Positions 1 to 9,592 of a stretch of DNA of 64,000 nt are shown here, piece by piece. The notes below the pieces were generated by a model, which saw only the letters and a list, made by a program, of their open reading frames with translations, ran no database searches and was not told where the DNA came from. Numbering within the stretch: the stretch's first letter is position 1; every line of letters starts with the position of its first letter. A program made the position numbers and the translations under genes. Location: positions 1 to 64,000 of the forward strand of contig NZ_MWQY01000008.1 of the NCBI RefSeq assembly GCF_002087085.1, in the 5' to 3' direction.

Positions 1-68
1 TCATTACACCACATGGAGGTATTTTTTTCTACACGTGAAAATCGCTCAGGTTAGGAATAAGTCAGATT

Positions 69-2903
69 ATGAGACTACAGAGATCACAACCCCTCGCCAG
101 AAGACTGTTCCTGCGCTACGGGCTTATATCCCTCGCTCTGATTCTGATTGTCGGCCTGGGGCTCTTTTTTGTTCTTTCCAACTGGGTGAACAGGAACATC
201 CGCAGTTCCCTGGAAAAAACAAACAGAAGCATTGTCGAAATCATCGAAAACGGTGCCCGCAGAGAGATTCGGCGCCTGCTGCAGGCGGAAGTAAGCGCTG
301 CCATGGACCGGATTGCCCGGATGCGCAGCGAAGCCCGGGAAGCGGGAGCCGGGGAACAGCAGATCCGGCAGATGGTAATCGATATGCTGGCGGCCGAGCA
401 CATAGGCAGGGAAGGCTATTTTTTTATCATCCACGGCAGCGGGAAGGTCATCTACCATCCCCGGAAGGAACTGGTGGGTGAGGAGGTCAGAAACCTCGAC
501 TTTATTCAGGCCATGAAGGAACAGAGGCGGGGCTTCATGGAGTATGAGAGTCGCCTTCCCGGGGAAGAGCAGGTTCGGGAAAAAGCCCTGGTATCGGACG
601 TAATTACCGACTGGGACTGGATTATCGCCGCCTCGGTATACTGGACCGATTATCCCCGGCTCTTTGATATCAACAGCCTGGATGATTTTATCCAGTCCAT
701 AGATCTGGGAGACCGGGGGTACTCCTTTGTCGTTAACGGGGAGGGGACCCTACTTGTTCACCCCACCCTCCGGGGACGCAGCCTGCCGGAAACTGACACA
801 CCACTTCTTTCAATAATGCGAAGGGGCGCAGAAACATCCTCTTCAGGTTTTATCCCTTATTCCTGGCATCCTGATGGCCGGGACCGATGGGAGAAAAAAC
901 TGCTCCACTATATTCAATTGAAGGAGTTCGACTGGTATGTGGCCTCCACGGTATACCTGACTGATGTTCAGAGGCCTCTGTGGAGACTGGGGATATTCAT
1001 TTTCCTCTTCAGTATCCTTACACTGATAATCTTTCTGATAGTATCTTCGAGGTTCGGCAGGATACTCTCCCGGCCTCTCGACTCGATCAATGAGTGCCTC
1101 GATAAGGGAGAAGCCGGGGATTACAGCCGTCGGGTCGCCCCTGTGGGCGTCAAGGAACTGGATGCTCTGGCGGAACACTTCAACCGTTTTATGGAACAGC
1201 TGGAACAGGGAAAGGAAGTCGCCATGTCCCTGGAAACCCTCCGGGCTCTGTCGGATACGGTGTTTCAGAACACCATAGAAGGCATCGCCATTACCGACCT
1301 TGAAGGCACGATTCAGCAGATAAACCAGGCTTTTACCGAGATCACCGGATACACCATGGACGAGGTGCTGGGAAAGAACCCCAGGATGCTCAAGTCGGAT
1401 CGTCACGAGAGGGATTTTTATGAATACATGTGGCGGTCCATTAACGAAACCGGCAGATGGAGCGGTGAAATCTGGAACCGGAGAAAAAGCGGAGAGGCCT
1501 ATCCTGAATGGCTCTCCATTACCACCCTTCGCGGAAACAGCAATGAGCCGGTGGGATACATAAGCATCTTTCACGATATATCCCGACAGAAGAAAACGGA
1601 ACAGAGGCTCAGCTATCAGGCATATCACGACGCCCTGACGGGACTCCCGAACAGAAGTCTCTTCCGTGACCGCCTGGAAATGGCCATTGCATCGGCCAAC
1701 CGTACGGGCGAAAAAGGTGCGGTTATATTCATGGATATCGATAACTTCAAGCAGGTAAACGATGTTCTGGGACATATTCAGGGCGATCAGTTCCTCTCAA
1801 TCCTGGCCGAACGTCTGGTGCGTTCAATCAGGGAGGTCGATACTGTGGCCCGTCTGGGGGGCGATGAGTTCTCCCTGCTTCTCCCGGTACTCCAGGAGCA
1901 GACCGATGCCATCGAGGTGCTTACCCGTATTATTGACAGAATTGAGGAGCCCGTACTCCTGGGGACCAAGACCATCCATCCCAGGGCCAGTTTCGGGATT
2001 ACCTACTTTCCGGAGGACGGAAACGACTCCGACCGGCTCATGCGTAACGCGGACATGGCCATGTATCGTTCAAAACATCGGGGCGACGGGGGATACACCC
2101 TGTTCAATGCAAACATCGAGAAGAAAAACCTGCGCCGGACATCCCTGGAAGACAAGCTGCGCGGGGCCGTCACCGCGGGACACTTCCTGGTCTATTATCA
2201 GCCCCAGTACAGCCTCGAACAGAAACGGGTCACCGGTTTCGAGGCCCTTATCCGCTGGAATGACCCTCAGGAGGGGTGGATTTCCCCGGGAGAGTTCATT
2301 CCCATCGCAGAATCCAGCGGCCTTATCTCCGCCATCGATACCTGGACCCTGCGTCAGGCCCTGGGAACCATAAATACGCTGAACCGGGAAACAGGAAAGC
2401 AGTACACCATCAGCGTCAACGTATCGGCCCTGCAGTTTCGCGAGGAAGGATTTGTAGAGTCGATTCTGGCGGCCCTGAATGCCACGTCTTTTCCGCCGGA
2501 GCTGCTGGAACTGGAGATAACCGAGAGTACCGCCATGCAGAATGTAAGCGCGGCCATAGCGAAGATCGAAGAGCTCAGCAAAAGGGGAGTCTGTTTTGCC
2601 GTGGATGACTTTGGCACAGGATACTCTTCGCTGAGTTACCTGAACCGACTGAAGGCAGATACCCTCAAGATCGACAGCTCCTTCATTCAGGAACTCGACA
2701 CCGTTCCCGAGGCAGCCGCTGTTGTCACCTCCGTAATTGCCCTTGGAAAGAACCTGGGCATGAGGATAATAGCAGAGGGAGTGGAAACCGAGGCACAGCT
2801 CGAATTCATACAGAAACACTCCTGCTCCATCATACAGGGCTACCTGTTCGGACGCCCCATGCCCTTCGAAGAACTGAAAGAGTTTCTGAAACATGAAGCC
2901 TGA
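69..2903 (+). CDS. Membrane c-di-GMP cyclase/phosphodiesterase (Cache-HAMP-PAS-GGDEF-EAL)
   Basis: Two TM segments flank Cache-like regions (GREGYFFII, GDRGYSFVV). PAS (W-x-GEIWNRRKSGE), GGDEF with an upstream RxxD I-site (REVD), EAL and DDFGTGYSS motifs are present. Confidence 0.93.
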   Translation: MRLQRSQPLARRLFLRYGLISLALILIVGLGLFFVLSNWVNRNIRSSLEKTNRSIVEIIENGARREIRRLLQAEVSAAMDRIARMRSEAREAGAGEQQIRQMVIDMLAAEHIGREGYFFIIHGSGKVIYHPRKELVGEEVRNLDFIQAMKEQRRGFMEYESRLPGEEQVREKALVSDVITDWDWIIAASVYWTDYPRLFDINSLDDFIQSIDLGDRGYSFVVNGEGTLLVHPTLRGRSLPETDTPLLSIMRRGAETSSSGFIPYSWHPDGRDRWEKKLLHYIQLKEFDWYVASTVYLTDVQRPLWRLGIFIFLFSILTLIIFLIVSSRFGRILSRPLDSINECLDKGEAGDYSRRVAPVGVKELDALAEHFNRFMEQLEQGKEVAMSLETLRALSDTVFQNTIEGIAITDLEGTIQQINQAFTEITGYTMDEVLGKNPRMLKSDRHERDFYEYMWRSINETGRWSGEIWNRRKSGEAYPEWLSITTLRGNSNEPVGYISIFHDISRQKKTEQRLSYQAYHDALTGLPNRSLFRDRLEMAIASANRTGEKGAVIFMDIDNFKQVNDVLGHIQGDQFLSILAERLVRSIREVDTVARLGGDEFSLLLPVLQEQTDAIEVLTRIIDRIEEPVLLGTKTIHPRASFGITYFPEDGNDSDRLMRNADMAMYRSKHRGDGGYTLFNANIEKKNLRRTSLEDKLRGAVTAGHFLVYYQPQYSLEQKRVTGFEALIRWNDPQEGWISPGEFIPIAESSGLISAIDTWTLRQALGTINTLNRETGKQYTISVNVSALQFREEGFVESILAALNATSFPPELLELEITESTAMQNVSAAIAKIEELSKRGVCFAVDDFGTGYSSLSYLNRLKADTLKIDSSFIQELDTVPEAAAVVTSVIALGKNLGMRIIAEGVETEAQLEFIQKHSCSIIQGYLFGRPMPFEELKEFLKHEA

Positions 2904-2956
2904 CAGGAAATTCCATGGCATTTTTCTACCTTTGCCACAATTGGAATTGCCTGTGC

Positions 2957-2985
2957 TTGACAAAAATCCGTTAATCGGCTAAGTT
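2957..2985 (+). promoter_or_regulatory. sigma70-type promoter of tRNA-Asp
   Basis: TTGACA-17 bp-TAAGTT ends 14 bp upstream of the tRNA. Confidence 0.7.
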
Positions 2986-2999
2986 CTGCTGACCTAAAC

Positions 3000-3073
3000 G
3001 GGGGTGTGGCGAAGCTGGTTATCGCGCCGGCCTGTCAAGCCGGAGACCGCGGGTTCAAGTCCCGTCACTCCCG
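3000..3073 (+). tRNA. tRNA-Asp (GTC), CCA not encoded
   Basis: Acceptor stem GGGGGTG/CACTCCC, D-arm with TGG, anticodon loop CTGTCAA, T-arm GGTTCAAGTCC, discriminator G. Confidence 0.95.
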
Positions 3074-3080
3074 TTATACG

Positions 3081-3107
3081 AGCCTCCGCTTCTGCGGAGG
3101 TTTTTTT
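3081..3107 (+). terminator. Rho-independent terminator
   Basis: AGCCTCCGC-TTCT-GCGGAGGTT hairpin followed by a T tract. Confidence 0.85.
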
Positions 3108-3115
3108 ATACCCCC

Positions 3116-3859
3116 CTATAATCCCGTGACCTGATCAGATCCCAGCACAGTCAGAAAATAATTCCACAGTGCGTCAGAAGGCGGCGGGGCCAGGCAGCGT
3201 ACCATCCTGCCCTTTTCTCCGATGGGATGTTCAAAAACGAGGGACCGGGCGTGGAGGGAAATACCGCCGTCGGGGTTCGAACGCCTGGCACCGTACTTCA
3301 GGTCTCCCCGGATATGCATACCCCGGGCCGCCAGCTGACAACGGATCTGGTGATGCCGGCCGGTACCGATCTCGACCTCGAGCAGACAGTAACGGTCTCC
3401 TCTGGCCAGGAGTCTGTACTTCAGCAGGGCCCGTTTGGCGCCCTTCGCCTGTCTGCTCCCCGGAGAGGCCTGGGAGGCAACAAAGGATTTATTCTTCTTT
3501 ACATCCTTCCAGAGAAGATCATCAAAACTCCCCTCCTCCTCCGGAGGCGGTGTATCCACCAGAGCCCAGTAGCGCTTTTCCACCAGGCCCTCACGAAAAA
3601 GGGCATTGATCCTGGAGAGGGCCTTCCCCGTTTTGGCAAAGATAACGGCCCCGCTGGTGGGCCGGTCCAGCCGGTGGGTGACCCCCAGAAAGACATTCCC
3701 CGGTTTGGCATCCCGGATACGAATGTACTCCTTGACGGCCTCCCCCATGGGGGAATCCCCGCTGCTGTCTCCCTGGACAAGTTCCCCGGGGAGCTTATTT
3801 ACGACAATAAGATGGTTGTCCTCGTAGAGGACCCGTTCAGAAAAAGCTGATTCGGACAC
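3116..3859 (-). CDS. RluA-family pseudouridine synthase
   Basis: Motifs VVNKLPG, HRLDRPTSG (catalytic Asp), TGRHHQIR, GDLKYG, LHA. Confidence 0.93.
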   Translation of the reverse strand: MSESAFSERVLYEDNHLIVVNKLPGELVQGDSSGDSPMGEAVKEYIRIRDAKPGNVFLGVTHRLDRPTSGAVIFAKTGKALSRINALFREGLVEKRYWALVDTPPPEEEGSFDDLLWKDVKKNKSFVASQASPGSRQAKGAKRALLKYRLLARGDRYCLLEVEIGTGRHHQIRCQLAARGMHIRGDLKYGARRSNPDGGISLHARSLVFEHPIGEKGRMVRCLAPPPSDALWNYFLTVLGSDQVTGL

Positions 3860-4020
3860 ATCCCCTTGTACCCTCCCGGCAGCTCATGGTCAAGAGTCCT
3901 GGCCGTGCAGTCTTTTGTTTCAAGATGTTGCTTAATCGCTATTTTCTCTAAAATGTATATTTTTGCTTGACAGCAATCCAAAAGGGATACATTATGAGTA
4001 CAGTCAACATTTATAGTTGA

Positions 4021-5019
4021 TTGATACAACAAACAGACCCTTTGGAAGGAGCCCTTTGCGGCATGAAGCATCTGTCCATCGAAGAATACCCGGAAGGTAT
4101 TCTCATACTCGATACATCTACCCTGCAGATACAGGATGGTAACGCACGGGCCGCCGAACTTTTCGGGATCGACAAAGAGAGGATCCCGGAATTCAGGCTG
4201 CCGGAGCTTCTTCCGGAGGCGGCGTCCCTGATTTTCGACGGGGAAGCCGCCTCCATGATCCACGAATTACCCGATAAAACAGGGACCAGGGTACTGGAAA
4301 TCAGCCTGGCTCCCCGGGAAAAGGACAGAACTTCCAGCCGCCCTCTTTTTCTGCGGGAGATTACATCCCATTGTGCAATCCGCCGGGAGCTGGAAAAGGA
4401 GCTTGAACGTCACCGCCTGCTGGATCAAGAGACCCATCACCGGGTAAAAAACAGTCTTGCCATCGTCTCATCCCTGATAGGCCTTAAGTCGGTGGACCTT
4501 GAAAACCCCGGGGAACTCTTCCACCTTGCCAGCCAGGTGGATGCCATAGCAGCCATACATCATGAGCTGGCAAAGAAACCCGGCAGCCTCAGAATCAATA
4601 TCTGCTCATACCTGAGCACGGTGGTACAGAACGCCCTCCGTGCCTACGGTTTCCAGCAACTCCTTCCGGAAATGAACATCGAAAACCAGGATGTTCCCGC
4701 CAAAACGGCGACAAGCCTGGGCATTATTGTCAACGAGATTATCATCAACGCCTGCAAATACGGCTTCAAGTCCGGGACCCTTTCCGAAGCCAGGGTCTGG
4801 CTTGAGCTCAGCACCATAAGCCGGACCGACGGGACAGAAATAATGCTCAGGATAGGGAACAACGGCACCTTCCACACAGTAAACTCCCCTGCCGGGGACT
4901 CCTCGGGGACAGGAATGGCCCTGATCAACTCCCTGCTTCAGGAGATGAATGCCCGCCTTACGGTAACAAAAGAACCCCATCCCATTTTTGAGATCCGCTT
5001 GACCTTGACCGGTAAATAG
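4021..5019 (+). CDS. PAS-containing HisKA_2 sensor histidine kinase
   Basis: ETHHRVKNSL H-box, NEIIINACKYG N-box, GTGMALI G-box, N-terminal PAS-like segment. Start codon uncertain. Confidence 0.85.
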   Translation: MIQQTDPLEGALCGMKHLSIEEYPEGILILDTSTLQIQDGNARAAELFGIDKERIPEFRLPELLPEAASLIFDGEAASMIHELPDKTGTRVLEISLAPREKDRTSSRPLFLREITSHCAIRRELEKELERHRLLDQETHHRVKNSLAIVSSLIGLKSVDLENPGELFHLASQVDAIAAIHHELAKKPGSLRINICSYLSTVVQNALRAYGFQQLLPEMNIENQDVPAKTATSLGIIVNEIIINACKYGFKSGTLSEARVWLELSTISRTDGTEIMLRIGNNGTFHTVNSPAGDSSGTGMALINSLLQEMNARLTVTKEPHPIFEIRLTLTGK

Positions 5020-5028
5020 GGGTAGCTT

Positions 5029-5075
5029 TTTTTCAGGTGCTTGGATCAACCATAACGACCGAGACGCCTGAAGGA
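5029..5075 (+). ncRNA. Candidate pan-motif cis-regulatory RNA hairpin
   Basis: UUCAGGUGCUUGG-A-UC(loop)GA-CCG-A-GACGCCUGAA hairpin with one bulged A on each strand, in the 5' leader of a pantothenate ECF/coaX operon. Confidence 0.55.
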
Positions 5076-5126
5076 TCGCCATGAGACATTCCCAGCCTGC
5101 CCTTTGCTCAAATATCGGGAGCTTCA

Positions 5127-5936
5127 ATGATCGAGCTTGACGGGGTGAGCTATACCTATCCGGGATCAGAAAGCCCTGCAGTCTCGAAGCTGAGCACCCG
5201 GATCAATCCCGGGGAGATAACCCTCCTGGCAGGATCCAACGGTTCAGGAAAATCAACCCTGACCCGGCTTATCCTCGGGCTGCTGGAACCCGACGAGGGA
5301 AGCATACGCATCGACGCGAATACCAGCCCGAATAATCGCCGCAGCCTTATCGGTCTGGTGCGGCAGGATCCCCGCAGCCAGCTTATTGCCTCCCTTGTCG
5401 ACGAGGAGGTTGCCTTCGGCCCGGAAAACATCGGGCTTGCCAGGGAGGAGATCCGCGTGCGGGTGGCGGAATCCCTGGAAAAGGTCGGCCTGTCCGGTTT
5501 CGATGACCGTAATCCGGACACCCTCTCCGCAGGACAGCAGCAGCGTCTTGCCATCGCCGGTGTTCTTGCCATGAAACCCGCCTACGTAATCTTTGACGAG
5601 GCCTCCTCCATGCTCGATCCCGCAGGGCGGGAGGATTTCTATCGGCTCTGCAGGGAACTTGCCGCCTCGGGTGTGGGAGTCCTGAGTATTAGCCATTTTC
5701 CCGACGAAGCCCTTCAGGCGGATACGATGATCCTCCTGGAAAAAGGATCACTGGCCGCCCAGGGACCTCCCCTCACTGTCTTTCGCCAAAGGCCGGAGCT
5801 GAAGCGCTCTTTTCTGCTCAGGCTTACCGAAGCCCTCAGAAACCGGGGGATCTCACTCCCCGACAGGATCAGTACCCCCGGGGAGCTGATCGCCGGTCTT
5901 GATGCTTTGCTGACAGAGGGAGAAGGAAGAAGATGA
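5127..5936 (+). CDS. ecfA1: ECF transporter ATPase A1
   Basis: GSNGSGKS Walker A, EEVAFGPEN, LSAGQQQR, DEASSMLDP. Confidence 0.9.
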   Translation: MIELDGVSYTYPGSESPAVSKLSTRINPGEITLLAGSNGSGKSTLTRLILGLLEPDEGSIRIDANTSPNNRRSLIGLVRQDPRSQLIASLVDEEVAFGPENIGLAREEIRVRVAESLEKVGLSGFDDRNPDTLSAGQQQRLAIAGVLAMKPAYVIFDEASSMLDPAGREDFYRLCRELAASGVGVLSISHFPDEALQADTMILLEKGSLAAQGPPLTVFRQRPELKRSFLLRLTEALRNRGISLPDRISTPGELIAGLDALLTEGEGRR

Positions 5937-6808
5937 ACCCGGTTATACGTGTTGCCGGACTTGAATACCATTACGGCAGACAGGAGAAAAACCTCCCCTC
6001 TCCCCCGAAGGTCCTCGAAGGAATCGATCTGCGGGTGGAAAAAGCCGAACTTTTGGCAATTATCGGTGCCACAGGCTCGGGTAAAACGACCCTGCTGCAG
6101 ATACTGGCGGGACTTCTGCTTCCTCAAAAGGGAGAGGCCAGGGTCCTCGGTCTTGATCTGGGCAACCCGAAGATCGGGGAAAAAGAGCTGGACGCCCACC
6201 GTCGGCGGACAGTTATAGCCCTGCAGCGTCCGGAGGAGATGCTCTTCCGGACCTATGTCGGGGATGACGTTGCCTACGGACCCGCCAACTACGGCATCAG
6301 GGGGCGGGCCCTGGCCCTGCGGGTAAAGGAGGCCATGGAAACCATGGGCCTCTCCTACACCCGCTTCAAGGACCGGCGCACCGACTCCTTAAGCGGCGGA
6401 GAGATGCGCAAGGCGGCCCTGGCGGGGGTTCTGGCACTGAAGCCGGAGATCCTGCTTCTGGATGAGCCGGCGGCGGGACTCGATCCGCCCTCTGCAGGAG
6501 ACCTTTTCCGGCGGATAAGGGATCTTCGCGCCGGAGGGGTCACCGTTATCTTCTCTACCCACGACATGGACCAGGTCATGCTGGCCGACAGGGCGGCGGT
6601 TTTTCGCGAAGGACGCCTCCTGGCCGTCGAGTCTCCGGAACAGCTCTTTTTCCACAGCGATATCCCCGAGAAGGCTGGGCTCCTTCCCCCGGAGTCCGCC
6701 CGTATCTGCCGGAGCCTTATGGACAGGGGAATGGATCTCCGGAGCAACAGCGCCTTCGCCCAGGATCCTGAAGCTCTGGCGGAGATCATCGCAGGAGGCC
6801 TGGCATGA
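5933..6808 (+). CDS. ecfA2: ECF transporter ATPase A2
   Basis: GATGSGKT, DVAYGP, LSGGEMRK, DEPAAGLDP. ATGA overlap with the upstream gene. Confidence 0.9.
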   Translation: MNPVIRVAGLEYHYGRQEKNLPSPPKVLEGIDLRVEKAELLAIIGATGSGKTTLLQILAGLLLPQKGEARVLGLDLGNPKIGEKELDAHRRRTVIALQRPEEMLFRTYVGDDVAYGPANYGIRGRALALRVKEAMETMGLSYTRFKDRRTDSLSGGEMRKAALAGVLALKPEILLLDEPAAGLDPPSAGDLFRRIRDLRAGGVTVIFSTHDMDQVMLADRAAVFREGRLLAVESPEQLFFHSDIPEKAGLLPPESARICRSLMDRGMDLRSNSAFAQDPEALAEIIAGGLA

Positions 6809-7680
6809 AGGATTTCGGAAGCTTCGGCGGAGGATTTGAGCTTTTCCGCCGACAGGCCTGTTCAGGTCCCCTGGGCCGGCTTCATCCGGGAGTCAAAGCA
6901 GCGGGGCTTGTCATCGGCATCGGAACAATCAGCCTGATCAGTTCCGCCAGCGGTCTTTTTATCATTCTCTGCTGCCTCCTGTGGGCAGCCGGCATCTCCG
7001 GTCTGTCGCCCTCCAGGCTCTTCAGACCCCTGCTTCCCGTTGCGCCCTTTCTTGTACTGCTTGTACTGCTTCACGGGGTCACCCGCAGCGGTTCCCCGGA
7101 GGAGGCCCTTCTCTCCCGGGGGGACATTCTCCCCATGCTGATCATGAGCCTGCGAATCATCACCCTGATGGGCTGGATAGGACTCTCCAGCGCCACGGTA
7201 ACCACCCCGGAGGTGAGTTACGGAATAGAGTCCCTCTTTTCGCCCCTGGAACGCCTCGGCTTTCCCGCCGGGGAGCTGGGACTCATCGCCACCGTCACCT
7301 TCCGCTTTATTCCCTTTTTACGGGAAGAGAGCGAACGCCTGGCCAAGGCCCAGACCGCCCGGGGCGGCAGCCTGGGCTTCAGGTCCGCCAACCCCTTCCG
7401 CAGAATGAAAGCCGCCCTTCCCACCATGGTACCCCTTTTTATCGGGACCCTGAGACGGGCGGAGGTTCTGGCGGAGTCCATGCACCTCCGGGGCTACGAC
7501 GAAAAAGGTGGCAGAATACGCCTGCGCCGGTATCGCTTGAAGCCTCAGGACCTTCTCTGGTCCGCAGCAGGCGCCGCTGTCCTGGGTGCCGCCGTTCTTA
7601 TGCAGTACGTAAATACGGACGCTCGTCTTGTACGGGCACTGATACATATCATTTTCATTTTTAAAGGAGCTGCAGTATGA
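6805..7680 (+). CDS. ecfT: ECF transporter transmembrane component T
   Basis: Hydrophobic, with RFIP..AQTARG and ..RRAE.LAESM.LRGY coupling motifs. Confidence 0.9.
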   Translation: MKDFGSFGGGFELFRRQACSGPLGRLHPGVKAAGLVIGIGTISLISSASGLFIILCCLLWAAGISGLSPSRLFRPLLPVAPFLVLLVLLHGVTRSGSPEEALLSRGDILPMLIMSLRIITLMGWIGLSSATVTTPEVSYGIESLFSPLERLGFPAGELGLIATVTFRFIPFLREESERLAKAQTARGGSLGFRSANPFRRMKAALPTMVPLFIGTLRRAEVLAESMHLRGYDEKGGRIRLRRYRLKPQDLLWSAAGAAVLGAAVLMQYVNTDARLVRALIHIIFIFKGAAV

Positions 7681-8240
7681 ATACACGAATACGTTTTCTG
7701 GTGATAACCGGTGCCCTGGGGGCCCTCTCCATCGTCCTCTCCCTGACTCCCCTGGGATTCATCCCCTGGGTCGGTGGAGCCTCCCTGACAACCATGCACA
7801 TTCCGGTCATTGTGGGGGCGATCATCGAGGGACCCGTCGCCGGTGCCATAATCGGAGGTATCTTCGGAATCTTCGGAATGATCCGAGCCGCCATAGCGCC
7901 CCAGGGGCCCCTGGATCCCCTCTTCGTCAATCCCCTGGTCTCCCTTCTGCCGAGGCTCCTGATCGGTCCCGCCGCCTGGGCTGTCTGGAGCTTTCTGAAA
8001 CGCTTCCCCCTTCCTGCCCTGACCCTGGCGGGTATCGCCGGAAGCCTGGTAAACACCGTACTGGTCTTGAGCGCCCTGGGGCTCCTGGAAGCCCTGCCCT
8101 GGAAGGTCATAGCCGGCGTTGCCGTGGCCAACGGACTGCCGGAAGCCGCCGCAGCGGCCCTGATTACCCTGGCGGTGGTGGCGGCCTGGAAGCGCATCGA
8201 TACCGGAAAAGGACGCTCATCCCTTGAGGACCTGGAATAA
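7677..8240 (+). CDS. ECF S component, probably pantothenate-specific (PanT-like)
   Basis: 187 aa hydrophobic protein with MHIPVIVGAIIEGP..G..IG.IFG. Coupled to coaX. Confidence 0.8.
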   Translation: MNTRIRFLVITGALGALSIVLSLTPLGFIPWVGGASLTTMHIPVIVGAIIEGPVAGAIIGGIFGIFGMIRAAIAPQGPLDPLFVNPLVSLLPRLLIGPAAWAVWSFLKRFPLPALTLAGIAGSLVNTVLVLSALGLLEALPWKVIAGVAVANGLPEAAAAALITLAVVAAWKRIDTGKGRSSLEDLE

Positions 8241-9025
8241 TGCTGCTGGCAATCGATATCGGCAACTCGAACATCGTCTTTGGTCTCTACGGCAGCCGGG
8301 GATGGATCGACCACTGGCGGATCCACACGGATCACAACAAAATGCCCGACGAGTACGCCGTCCTCTTCCGTGACATCCTCAGGGAAGAGAGCGTACCCCG
8401 CGAAGCCATCGGTACCACGATAATCAGCTCCGTGGTTCCCCATCTTACCGAAAAGATCAAGGAAGTCACCCAGGCTCTCACGGGCAAGGACCCCCTCATC
8501 GTCGGTCCCGGCATAAAAACCGGTATAAAGATACGCACCGATAATCCGGCGGAGGTGGGTTCAGATCTGGTCTGTAACGCCGTCGCCGCCTACGAGCGGG
8601 TAAAGGGCAACTGTATAATTGTCGATTTCGGGACAGCCCTGACCTTTACCGCGGTCAACGACAAAGGCGACCTGATGGGAGTCGCCATTGCACCGGGTAT
8701 TCAGGCCGGGGCGGGTGCCCTGGCCGCCTCAACAGCCCAGCTGCCCCAGGTCTGGCTTCAGGAACCGGAGCACGCCATAGGCAAAAACACCACCCAGTCC
8801 ATCCGTTCGGGAATCCTCTTCGGTTACGCCGGGCTCGTGGAAGGACTGATACGCCGGATCCGGGCGGAGCTCGGGGGAGAAGCGACGGTTATCGCCACGG
8901 GAGGCCGGGCCTCGGTCATAGCGCCCCTTACCGACTGCATTACCCTGGTGGAGCCCTGGCTTATCCTGGAAGGACTGCGGCTCATAGCAGGACGAAACAA
9001 CTGGTCCGCACAAAGGGCTGTATGA
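8240..9025 (+). CDS. coaX: Type III pantothenate kinase
   Basis: LAIDIGNSN, SSVVP, EVGSD, IVDFGTA, IAPG, IATGG motifs. Confidence 0.95.
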   Translation: MLLAIDIGNSNIVFGLYGSRGWIDHWRIHTDHNKMPDEYAVLFRDILREESVPREAIGTTIISSVVPHLTEKIKEVTQALTGKDPLIVGPGIKTGIKIRTDNPAEVGSDLVCNAVAAYERVKGNCIIVDFGTALTFTAVNDKGDLMGVAIAPGIQAGAGALAASTAQLPQVWLQEPEHAIGKNTTQSIRSGILFGYAGLVEGLIRRIRAELGGEATVIATGGRASVIAPLTDCITLVEPWLILEGLRLIAGRNNWSAQRAV

Positions 9026-9074
9026 ATTTGCATTTTCCCGAAGGAATGTTCATACTGAAGAGAGGAGGAGCGCA

Positions 9075-9590
9075 ATGTCGGGTCCGCAATCCACAATCAA
9101 TACCCTTACGCGTCAGTATCTGACCTTTCATCTGGAAAAGGAGCTGTACGCTGTTGACGTCCGGAATGTACGGGAGGTGCTGGAGGTACCCAGAATAACA
9201 AAGATTCCCCGTATGCCTGAGTTCATGAAGGGGGTAATCAACCTCCGGGGCAGCGTCGTTCCGGTAATAGATCTGCGCCTCAAGCTTGAGCTGCCCTCGG
9301 CGGAGCAGACCGAAAGCACCAGCATTATCATTCTGGAAGTTCTCCACAAGGGGCAGGAGCTGCAGGTAGGGGCCTTCGTCGATTCCGTTGACGAGGTCGT
9401 CGAGATCGACGAAGCCAGCATCGAACCTGCACCGAAGTTCAGCACCCAGATCAATGCCGATTTTATCAATGGTATCGGAAAAATGGACGAGGAGTTCGTT
9501 ATTATCCTGAACACCTTCAAGGTCTTCAGCGAAACCGAGCTTGGAATCCTCTCCGCCGCTAATGACGAAGCAGTGCCGGCGGAGCAGTAA
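9075..9590 (+). CDS. cheW: Chemotaxis coupling protein CheW
   Basis: QYLTF, GVINLRGSVVPVIDLR, VDSVDEV. Strong RBS AGGAGG. Confidence 0.93.
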   Translation: MSGPQSTINTLTRQYLTFHLEKELYAVDVRNVREVLEVPRITKIPRMPEFMKGVINLRGSVVPVIDLRLKLELPSAEQTESTSIIILEVLHKGQELQVGAFVDSVDEVVEIDEASIEPAPKFSTQINADFINGIGKMDEEFVIILNTFKVFSETELGILSAANDEAVPAEQ

Positions 9591-9592
9591 AC

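Noticed and set aside
3000..3115. tRNA-Asp as an integration site of a genomic island
   Set aside because: The tRNA is followed directly by its terminator and a housekeeping gene. I saw no integrase and no duplicated tRNA 3' end.
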